Assembly: GCA_964016885.1 (NCBI GenBank)
Contig: OZ024740.1
Location: 20,212,001 to 20,276,000 of the forward strand
Origin: Eledone cirrhosa
Taxonomy: Eukaryota
Reading direction: 5' to 3'
Length of the DNA stretch: 64,000 nucleotides
Made by a program: the position numbers and the translations under genes. Shown one piece after another: positions 54,001 to 64,000 of this stretch. Positions within the stretch are counted from its first letter, which is position 1; each line of letters starts with the position of its first letter. The notes beneath the pieces were generated by a model. It had not been told where the DNA came from and searched no databases. It saw only the letters and a list, made by a program, of their open reading frames with translations.

Positions 54001-57000
54001 TCTAAGCCTATCCCACCATCCCAGTATCAACTATATCTAACCCTATCCCACCATCCCAGTATCAACTATATCTAACACGATCCCACCATCCCAGTATCAA
54101 CTACATCTAACCCTATCCCACCATCCCAGTATCAACTATATCTAACTCTATCTCACCATCCCAGTATCAACTACATCTAATCCTATCCCACAATCCCAGT
54201 ATCAACAATATCTAACCCTATCTCACCATCCCAGTATCAACTATATCTAACCCTATCTCATCATCCCCGTATCAACAATATCTAAGCCTATCCCACCATC
54301 CCAGTATCAACAATATCTAACCCTATCTCATCATCCCAGTATCAACAAAATCTAACCCTATCTCACCATCCCAGTATCAACTATATCTAACCCTATCTCA
54401 TCATCCCCGTATCAACAATATCTAAGCCTATCCCACCATCCCAGTATCAACTATATCTAACCCTATCCCACCATCCCAGTATCAACAATATCTAACCCTA
54501 TCCCACCATCCCAGTATCAACAATATCTAACCCTATCCCACCATCCCAGTATCAACTATATCTAAGCCTATCTCACCATCCCAGTATCAACTATATTTAA
54601 TCCTATCTCAGCATCCCAGTATCAATATTTAACCCTATCTCACCATCCCAGCATCAACTATATTTAACCCTATCCCACCATCCCAGTATCAACAATATCT
54701 AACCCTCTCCCACCATCCCAGTATCAACAATATTTAACCCTATCCCACAATCCCAGTATCAACAATATTTAACCCTATCCCACCATCCCAGTATCAACAA
54801 TATCTAACCCTCTCCCACCATCCCAGTATCAACAATATCTAACCCTATCCCACAATCCCAGTATCAACAATATTTAACCCTATCCCAAAATCCCAGTATC
54901 AACTATATTTAATCCTATCTCACCATCCCAGTATCAACTATATCTAACCCTATCTCACCATCCCAGTATCAACTATATATAACCTTATCCCACCATCCCA
55001 GTATCAACAATATCTAACCCTATCCCACAATCCCAGTATCAACTACATCTAACCCTATCTCACCATCCCAGTATCAACTATATCTAACCTTATCCCACCA
55101 TCCCAGTATCAACAATATCTAGCCCTATCTCACCATCCCAGTATCAACAATATCTAACCCTATCTCACCATCCCAGTATCAACTATATCTAACCCTATCT
55201 CACCATCCCAGTATCAACTATATCTAACCCTATCTCACCATCCCAGTATCAACAATATCTAACCATATCCCACCATCCCAGTATCAACAATATCTAACCC
55301 TATCCCACCATCCCAGTATCAACAATATCTAACCCTATCCCACCATCCCAGTATCAACAATATCTAACCCTATCCCACCATCCCAGTAACAATATCTAAT
55401 CCTATCTCACCATCCCAGTATCAACTATATCTAACCCTATCTCACCATCCCAGTATCAACAATATCTAACCATATCCCACCGTCCCAGTATCAACAATAT
55501 CTAGCCCTATCCCACCATCCCAGTAACAATATCTAACCCTATCCCACCATCCCTGTAACAATATCTAACCCTATCTCATCATCCCTGTATCAACAATATC
55601 TAACCCTATCTCACCATCCCAGTATCAACAATATCTAAGCCTATCCCACCATCCCAGTATCAACAATATCTAACCCTATCCCACCATCCCAGTATCAACT
55701 ATATCTATCCCACCATCCCAGTATCAACAATATCTAACCCTATCCCACCACCCCAGTAACAACAATATCTAACCCTATCCCACCACCCCAGTAACAATAT
55801 CTAACCCTATCTCACCATCCCAGTATCAACAATATCTAACCCTATCTCACCATCCCAGTATCAACAATATCTAACCCTATCTCACCATCCCAGTATCAAC
55901 AATATCTAACCCTATCTCACCATCCCAGTATCAACTATATCTAACCCTATCTCACCATCCCAGTATCAACTATATCTAGCCCTATCCCACCATCCCATTA
56001 TCAACAATATCTAACCCTATCCCACCACCCCAGTAACAATATCTAACCCTATCTCACCATCCCAGTATCAACTATATCTAACCCTATCTCATCATCCCTG
56101 TATCAACAATATCTAACCCTATCTCACCATCCCAGTATCAACAATATCTAAGCCTATCCCACCATCCCAGTATCAACAATATCTAACCCTATCCCACCAT
56201 CCCAGTAACAATATCTAACCCTATCTCACCATCCCAGTATCAACAATATCTAACCCTATCTCACCATCCCAGTAACAATATCTAACCCTATCCCACCATC
56301 CCAGTATCAACAATATCTAACCCTATCCCACCACCCCAGTAACAATATCTAACCCTATCTCACCATCCCAGTATCAACAATATCTAACCCTATCCCACCA
56401 CCCCAGTAACAATATCTAACCCTATCCCACCATCCCAGTATCAACAATATCTAACCCTATCCCACCACCCCAGTAACAATATCTAACCCTATCTCATCAT
56501 CCCTGTATCAACAATATCTAACCCTATCTCACCATCCCAGTATCAACTATATCTATCCCACCATCCCAGTATCAACAATATCTAAGCCTATCCCACCATC
56601 CCAGTATCAACAATATCTAACCCTATCCCACCATCCCAGTATCAACTATATCTATCCCACCATCCCAGTATCAACAATATCTAACCCTATCCCACCACCC
56701 CAGTAACAATATCTAACCCTATCTCACCATCCCAGTATCAACTATATCTAACCCTATCTCACCATCCCAGTATCAACTATATCTAACCCTATCTCACCAT
56801 CCCAGTATCAACTATATCTAACCCTATCTAACCCTATCTCACCATCCCAGTATCAACTATAACTAACCCTATCCCACCATCCCAGTATCAACAATATCTA
56901 ACCCTATCCCACCACCCCAGTAACAATATCTAACCCTATCTCACCATCCCAGTAACAATATCTAACCCTGTCTCACCATCCCAGTATCAACTATATTTAA

Positions 57001-57083
57001 CCCTATCTCACCATCCCAGTATCAACAATATCTAAGCCTATCTCACCATCCCAGTATCAACTACATTTAACCCTATCCCACCA
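45075..57083. repeat. 35-bp tandem satellite, ~340 copies
   Basis: Monomer AACCCTATC(C/T)CACCATCCCAGTATCAAC(A/T)ATAT(C/T)T. Period 35 (e.g. 45846 to 45881). More diverged than the 41-bp array, with recurrent 3-bp and 7-bp deletion variants. Confidence 0.99.
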
Positions 57084-57340
57084 GTTATTCCCTGTTATTT
57101 ACACCACTTTCCTCCGCTAATCACTATTTGCTATACATCACTGCTTTAGGCAGGTTTCTATGGTAAGTAATTGCTGAAGATTTTATAAACTTCATTTGTT
57201 TTGTTTCATAAGTTTAATTGATATGAATATCATTTTTTATCACTGATTTTCATGTAGACAGCCAGAGTTAGGGGCTGCACCCATGGTAGGAAGGTTTGGG
57301 CTCACTGTTAAAAGATATTTCAGGGTAATTTGACATATAT

Positions 57341-57480
57341 ATCATCATCATCACTTTATGTCCGCTTTTCCCTGCTTGCCAGGGTGGGACGGGAACTGAT
57401 TCTGGCTTGATTTCTACAGCTGGATGCCCTTCCTAACACCAACCTCATTTACAGTGAGTGCTGGGTGCTTTTTTGCCGTG
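57341..57480 (-). mobile_element. Retroposon 3' end with RTE-type tail
   Basis: Reverse complement ...ggttggtgttaggaagggcatccagctgtagaaa...cccgtcccaccctggcaagcagggaaaagcggacataaagtgatgatgat. The last ~45 nt match the RTE tail at 40905-40964. Confidence 0.8.
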
Positions 57481-57529
57481 GCACCTCCACGACCACTTTG
57501 CAGTGGAATGATATGGACCCCTGTCCCTA

Positions 57530-57677
57530 TCATCTCATTTCTACAGTTGAGTAAACTGGAGCAATGTGAAATAAAGTGTCTTGCTCAAGGAAACAACACA
57601 TCACCCGGTCTGAGAATTGAACTCACAACCTTTTGATTGCAAAGCCAATGCTCTAACCACTAAGCCATGTGCCTCCA
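57530..57677 (-). mobile_element. tRNA-derived SINE head (V-domain-like)
   Basis: Minus strand GGAGGCACATGGCTTAGTGGTTAGAGC...GAGTTCAATTC...tccttgagcaagacactt. Confidence 0.8.
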
Positions 57678-57711
57678 TTATATATATATAGTGGTAACAC
57701 AACAGCAAACT

Positions 57712-57893
57712 CAGCTGGAGGTGCGATCTGTTGGTGGATCGAACCTGACTTTGGATTCGCAAGTTCCTCAGATACGTCTAGGGATATCTGCTCAGAGCAG
57801 AAAGAGGATTTGCTTCGAAGTCACTAGACGTATCTGAGGAACTTGCGAATCCAGAGTCAGGTTCGATCCACAAACAGATCGCACCTCGAGCTG
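57712..57893. repeat. 70-bp near-perfect inverted repeat (MITE-like / long hairpin)
   Basis: 57712-57781 versus the reverse complement of 57824-57893: 67 of 70 match, with a 42-nt spacer. Confidence 0.92.
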
Positions 57894-58043
57894 TTCGCCG
57901 GACAAACAATTGCAATACGTTGATAAATTGTGTTCCGATGCATCACTGATTCTTTGTTTTCCATATTTGAGCATAGAGTGCTCAACCGGCATACCGCCTA
58001 TGGACGTATCCAAGCAACCTTACTACAAATATGTTTATATATA

Positions 58044-58074
<31 letters not shown>

Positions 58075-58684
58075 GGTTTTACAGATTGAGTGGTATACTA
58101 GTGGAACCCTTGTTGACTCAGTATTGTTGACTATGTGATGACTGTGTGTGGAGGGGAAAGTTTATAGAAGCACTGCTTCTATCCGTCTGTGTGTGTTTTG
58201 TATGTTCAGTGTTTGCCTATGTGTATCTGAGTGTGAGATTGAGAGATAGTGTGGGGGATGGGGGGGGGTAGATCATTGGCCAATCAATGACCCCCCCCCC
58301 ATCTCCCACCCTTTTCTCCAAATAAAATCATAATGCAGAAAATGTATTTTCTGACTCAGACAATGTTTTCTCAGGTGAAACACACTCACACACACACATG
58401 CAAACTCTCACACTACACGCCCTCTCAATTACCCCCCCCCCCAGATTTCTACATGTAGATATCCCCTGGGTACTGAGTCATATTAAATGAGCTTGTCATG
58501 TTATTACTCCCCTTCCCAACTCTAGTGTCCCCCTTGGCTCCAGAACTGAAGGAGGAGGGTCAATAACAGGGTGAAAGTGTGTGTGTGTGTGGGGGGGGGG
58601 GTTCGTATGGTCCCTCCCCCTTATGTACTGTTACAGTTTGACTGTTATGCTCCAGTTGTCTCTCCTTGTTTCCACATCTAGTTA

Positions 58685-59190
58685 TTGATGATGATTGTGG
58701 TGATGGTGGTGGCATTTGTGGTGGTGTTGGTGGAGTTGGTGATGATGGTGTAGGTGGTGGTGTTCGTGATGATGTGGGTGTTGGTGATGAGGTGTGGGTG
58801 TTGTTGGTGATGATGGTGGTAGTGTTGATGGTGATGGTGATGGTGATGTTGGTGATGGTGGTGTTGGTGGTGATGATTATGGTGGTGGTGGTGTTGATGT
58901 AAGTAGTGGTGGTGATGGTTATGGTTCTGGTGGTAGTGATGGCAGTGGTGGTGATGGTTATGTTGGTGGTGTTAGTGATGGTAATGATAGCGGTGGGGAT
59001 GGTATTGATGTTGGGTGGTGGTGATGGCTGTAATGGTAGTGATAGATGGTGTTGGTGGTGATGATGTTGGTGAAGGTAGTGATGTTGGTGGTGGTGGTAA
59101 TGTTGGTGATAGGTGGTGGTGGTGTTTGTAATGATGCTGTGTGTGTGTACATGTGGTGTGTGTGTGTGTGTACATGTGATGTGTGTGTGT
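58685..59190. repeat. GGT/GAT low-complexity tract followed by (GT)n
   Basis: Degenerate ggtgat/ggtggt triplets, then tgtgtg runs. Confidence 0.85.
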
Positions 59191-59419
59191 GTTACTGAGT
59201 CATTGAACTTCCCTTTGTCCCTTCATTATCCACTTGTGGAGGTTGCAGTCAAGAGCAGGAGGGTGGGGGATAGCAGCCAGCATACTACACTACTCCTTTC
59301 TCTTCTCCTTGGTCAATGTCTATATATTTCCTTGCCCCCCCCCCCCCCCCCTATCAGTTATGACTGTTCTAACTGACCTTTCTTCCACATCAGACTTTTC
59401 CTCTCGTCTACTCCTTAAT

Positions 59420-59812
59420 AATAATAATAATTGTTTCTACTTTTGGCACAAGGCCAACAATAACCCAGTACATTACTGGTACTTTATTTTATCGACTCCC
59501 GTAAGGATGAAAGGGAAAGTGAACCTGGGCGGGATTTGAACTCAGACTATAATGGGGTGCAGGTTGACACTTGCTGAGATATGAGAAAAAAGCAGAATTC
59601 AAAAGAAGTTTCAAATAATAATAATAATACTTTAGACACAAGACCAACACATTTTGGGTGAGGGGGGGAAAGTTGATTAAATCGACCCCTTAACTATATA
59701 CTGCAAAGCATGTGGTACAACGATCTACCGATTCGGCCAGTCCCACACCCTAATAAGAAGGGTTTCTAATTTAGACATAACACCAATCATTTTGAGGGAT
59801 GGAAAAGTGCAT
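59420..59812 (-). mobile_element. Cluster of 2-3 decayed SINE fragments of the 32881 family
   Basis: Shares ttactggtactttattttatc...aaggatgaaagg...ttgaactcaga and gattaaatcgaccc with 32881-33100; (TAA)n tails. Confidence 0.7.
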
Positions 59813-60095
59813 TAACCCTTTACCATTTACATTACTCCATATATACTATTGTATTTTCACACTAAAGGCTTTACCTCACATAACATCTCGTATACGAGAG
59901 ATGTGTGTTGACGTGTGTGAACAAGCTCGGCTACCAAGTTGGATTTACTTACTCAAAAGTGAGTTTTGATTAATTTTTTATACTGTAATATACGTTAACC
60001 CCTTGCCTTGGTCGTCAAACTTTGAGTTTATTTATTTTCGCCCCTTTTTGGGGCGAATTTTCCAGTTAAAAATTTATTACGGCAAACTAATAGAA

Positions 60096-61085
60096 ATGGA
60101 CGGAATTTTCACATCTTATCCTAACAAGAAAGCCACGCCCCCTAAGAAAGGTGATACAGAGAAGCTAGAAGCACAAGGCTCTAAGTCTTCCCTCCTCACT
60201 TCTGCAAAAGAAACATGGAACACGGAATTAAAAGAAAAATTTGTAAAAATGGGTGAAAACCCAGAAAGTCACATAAACGCAGACAAAAACAACAATGACA
60301 ATAACAGCAATAGTCACAACACCAACCAAGGAAAAAATAACGATAACACCAAACAAAGCGAACCCACTACTGGTGCCTCCTTTGCACAGGCGGTCCGGAA
60401 AACACAGACCTGCAAGCAACTGGACATTACAACTCTTAGAGAAAAGATGAAGGAAGCAAAACAGTATGTAACTTTCAAAGAAGGAGGAAACTTCACAATC
60501 ACCTCCCCACAAGAAATCAAAAGAGACACGACACTAAGAACGATATCTTTCAGAACAATTTCCAACATAACAAGGAAACCAGCTCAATTATCCCAAAAAG
60601 AAATTGAGCTGGTTCTAAAAAATGTGTGGAGTGATATATCGTTCATACAAAAAGGGCCACTCTATGGGAATATAACGGTGCTAATGAAGGATCAATTGAC
60701 GGCCAGGAAATACTCTGTGGCACCTATTGTTTCCAAGCTACACACATTTTCCCCCACATATTTAGGGAAAAGAACGCAGAAAGTAAGAGTCTTCGGAATC
60801 CGGCCAAATGCATGCATTTCCTGAGTACTAACAGGATTTTTAGAAGACGAGCACAGAATCCTCTCAGTAGGAGAAGTCACCACAGACGTTTTTGGCGGTT
60901 TGAGCGTGGAGGTTCTGGTCCAAATGAGACCAGAACGAATAGCTAGAATACCACAGAGGGTGTCCCTCGATGGAGAAACATTTATATACATTTCAGCCGA
61001 GGGTAGGAGGCCCATATGTTACTACTGTTCAAGCAGGGGTCATCTAAGGGCTGCCTGTCCTCAATTGACAAAAAAAAGGCTCTTT
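60096..61085 (+). pseudogene. LINE ORF1 (gag-like) with CX2CX4HX4C zinc knuckle
   Basis: ATG at 60096. One in-frame TGA at 60822-60824, after which the same frame continues to GRRPICYYCSSRGHLRAAC. Confidence 0.85.
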
Positions 61086-61089
61086 TGCC

Positions 61090-61160
61090 TACACCCCACA
61101 CACCACCACCGCCACCACCACCACCACCTCCACCACCACAACAACAACAAAAACAACACG
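61090..61160. repeat. (CCA)n(CAA)n microsatellite at the ORF1/ORF2 junction
   Basis: caccaccaccgccaccacc...acaacaacaa read directly. Confidence 0.85.
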
Positions 61161-61164
61161 GAAA

Positions 61165-63686
61165 AATAATTGCTGTGTACGCCCCTTTTTGGGCAGCGCG
61201 GCTGGAATACTTCCAACGTCTGTAAACTTTTCTGGGAACGTCCCGCTCCTTGCTTTTAGTGGGGGACTGGAATGGTATCCTGGATGCACGTTGGGACTAT
61301 GTAGGGGCATGTGCCAATAGAGGGGGGTGTAAAAGCCTCAAAAGGTTAATCGGCCGATTTGACCTGGCCGATAGATATCGACTAGATTTTCCGACTGTAC
61401 CACTATGGACGTGGACCAATCGCAGCGGAACATCTAGGTCGTACCTAGATAGGGTCCTAGTTAGAGAGAAGAATAGGGACACAATTAGCTGTCCAAAAAT
61501 GTTCATGGTTGACTATTCGGATCACAAGTTAGTGACCTGCATAGCCAACCCTGATAGAACCCATAGACAGGGACCTGGTTATTGGAAGCTGAACTTGTCC
61601 TTACCGACAAGCAAAGCTTACAGTAAACGGATTAGCACGTTAGTTAAGCAGAGTTTGACAGGGGCAATTGTCAACAACAGGTGGTGGAGCTCTCTTAAGA
61701 GAGCAATTAGAATAGAATCGATAGGTTTTAGTCAGGAATTAGCAAGGGATAGGAACAAGACGGAAAGGGAATTAGTAGATAGAGTAGAAGAGGCGATTAG
61801 GAGTGGCAATGTAGCCGGCGTGCTGGCATCAAGAATGGCCTTAGACCAGTTCTTTGGATTTCAATCCATACCTCGACGGTCTGCCGCGCCTCTTGGACGT
61901 GGAGGCGAAGTCCTGCGAAAGGACGATTTCAGCTGCTGAGATAGGGGCGGCGCTGAGCCAATGCGGCAAACGCAAATCCCCGGGTCTCGATGGTATACCA
62001 TACGAGCTATATGTAGCGATGCCGGACTTGTTCTCCGATATCCTCGAAGCGGTCTACTGCAACTGGCAGCAGAACGGGAGAATTCCCAGTTCTGTGACCG
62101 AGGGCGTAGTTATGCTGGTGAGGAAGGATGAGAACAAGGGGGATGACATAAGTAACTTCAGGCCCATAACTCTGCTAAATACAGAGTTAAAGATTTTGGC
62201 CAAGGTGTTAGCGAAGAGGTTGGCGCTTGTCGTTGGAAACCTGGTGGGAGAAGCGCGGACATGCGCAATCCCGTCCAGGTCCATTGCAGAAAGCGGCGTC
62301 GGCCTACGCCGATGACGTGACAGTAATGGTGTCAAAAACCTCGCAAATCGGTGAGATCGGCACCTTACTGGAGGAATATGAAAAGTTTGCAGGAGCCAAG
62401 CTGAACCGGGACAAGTCCGTCGGTTTGCAACTCGGAACATTGGAGAGGCAAACCGATGCCCTCCAATGACGTCGTCGGACGCTGGACGGAGGGCCCGGTG
62501 AAGCTGCTTGGGGTCTGGTTCGGACCAGACCTCTAGGTGGAGAAAAACTGGAACGAGGTAACGGCCAGGGTGTTTGCACTCACCCAGAAGTGGGCCCAGT
62601 GCAAACTATCCCTGAAAGGTGGAGCGGAGGGGGCGAATACTTATATAGCATCCGTCATCTACTACCGCTTGACCGTCGTGCCTTGCCCAGTGAAAAGACT
62701 CGCCAAAATGGAATGCGCGCTGTTCCAACTTCTTTGGAACAAGCGGAACCCTTTGGTGAGCAGATCCATCTGCTGTCAACACCCTTCGAAAGGAGGGCTG
62801 GGGATGCCGTGGCTACAGATGCGTAAACACGCATTAAGGCTACGGCACCTCCAGGTATTCCTCACCGGTCAACCGGTGTGGGCCCCATTTGTGAGGCGAG
62901 CCTTTCCCAGACTCGTCTCGCTCACCGAGCTGCAATCCTGGATCAAGCAAAGACCGAAAAAAGTGGGCGACTGGCACATTGAATGTGCCCAGGCGCTCAC
63001 GGCCCTCTGGAAAGCGGACCCGGCAATCAGTGGAGACTCCACCTCGACATTCTATAGAGGGTTGGTACGCAGCAGGTGCGACGATGCTCTCGGAGAAGCT
63101 CTAGGCATGGAGGAAAATGAACTGGCCAGTCTGTTCGGTAGGACGTTTGGCCCTGGACCGATGGACAACTTCCAAAAGTCCCTGGCTTGGCAGTGCTACC
63201 GAGGGGCTCTACCCGTTCGAGACAAGCTCCACAGGCATGGGAGCCTGGGTAGGGATCCTTTGAATAAGATCTGTCCGAGATGCGTGCATGACGACGAAAC
63301 CGTTGCACACGCATTCGTACACTGCCCAGGCATTGCTGACCTGTGGGGCTATGTGGAACGACTACTCGAGGGTGGCACCAATTCGGTTGACCACCGAGTC
63401 CATTGTCACGATCAAACCGCCTCCCCCTTTCAAAAACGAAGGAGAGGCGGTTTTTCTCTGTGTGATAGCCATGGCTAAAGAAGTTGTATGGTGGACGAGG
63501 CTGAAAGGGCTGAGGTCAGACACCTTTCTCTCCGGCCAACAACTGGTCCCCTTTTTCAAATACCATTTTAAAAGAAGGATCAGAATGGAGAGAGAGGTGC
63601 TCTACCCCAGCAAGTTTTATGAAAGGTGGGTGAAAGTAGGGAGAATGGCCAGAGTGAATGGGTCTTCTCTCTATATCAGCCTGTAG
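61165..63686 (+). pseudogene. LINE ORF2 remnant: APE endonuclease C-half, partial RT, C-terminal zinc-binding domain
   Basis: Motifs IIAVYAP, LLVGDWN, SYLDRVLV, SDHKLV; KSPGLDG, NFRPITLLNTELKILAKVLAKRL, SAYADDVTV; CPRC...ETVAHAFVHC. Several frameshifts and deletions. Confidence 0.92.
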
Positions 63687-64000
63687 GTGAAAGAAGAGGA
63701 GACGAGGGAAGCACCTACTCTTTGTGCTCCTGAGGAGAAGGGTTGCACATTTTTTCCGGGGTGTGTGCGACCCATGTTAATGCCCCCTCCCTATTGAGGA
63801 CTTTGTTTGTTGTTGTTATTTCATTGTTATATTTTTGTACTCGTTAATTATATGTAAACTTCCCCCCTTGTATCTGTCCCTACCTTTTGTGCCCTAGTGG
63901 CAAATAAAGAAATCACTCTATATATACTATTGTATTTTCACAGTAAAGGCTTTACCTCACATAATATCTACATTACTCTATATATACTTGTTTCTACTTT

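Larger units (their letters stand above)
59889..63914 (+). mobile_element. L1/Tx1-clade LINE with 5' UTR and ORF1, internally deleted ORF2, 4.0 kb
   Basis: ORF1 with CCHC knuckle, APE, RT and C-terminal CCHC remnants, and AATAAA at 63903. Flanked by 55-bp direct repeats at 59834-59888 and 63915-63969. Confidence 0.92.

Noticed and set aside
45075-57083. True telomere or interstitial (TTAGGG)n
   Set aside because: Only a 9-nt partial motif per 35-bp unit; no tandem hexamers.
57833-57870. CUGAGGA plus short stem in the arm of the inverted repeat
   Set aside because: Followed by CGAUC instead of GAAA, and it would be sequestered in the long hairpin.

Overview
Repeat-dominated eukaryotic genomic DNA. 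A cephalopod (Octopus-type) origin is inferred only from recalled SINE/RTE family resemblance. About 70% of the window is two tandem satellites: a 41-bp array (1-32667, open at the left edge) and a 35-bp array (~45075-57083). The only host coding sequence I can support is one 137-bp spliced exon (44427-44563, +) encoding the last leucine-rich repeats of an LRCH-like protein, so both satellites and all the transposons appear to sit in very large introns. Other elements are an LTR-type non-coding element with ~98%-identical 560-580-bp direct repeats, decayed RTE LINE copies, several tRNA-derived SINEs, and an internally deleted L1/Tx1-clade LINE flanked by a 55-bp duplication. There is also a near-perfect 70-bp inverted repeat and GGT-rich low-complexity tracts. 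The most notable hidden signal is a complete minimal type I hammerhead ribozyme (41627-41698, +, sense to the host gene). A degenerate second one lies on the opposite strand ~250 bp away, probably from Penelope-like element remnants. The 41-bp satellite also shows paired stem substitutions in its internal palindrome.
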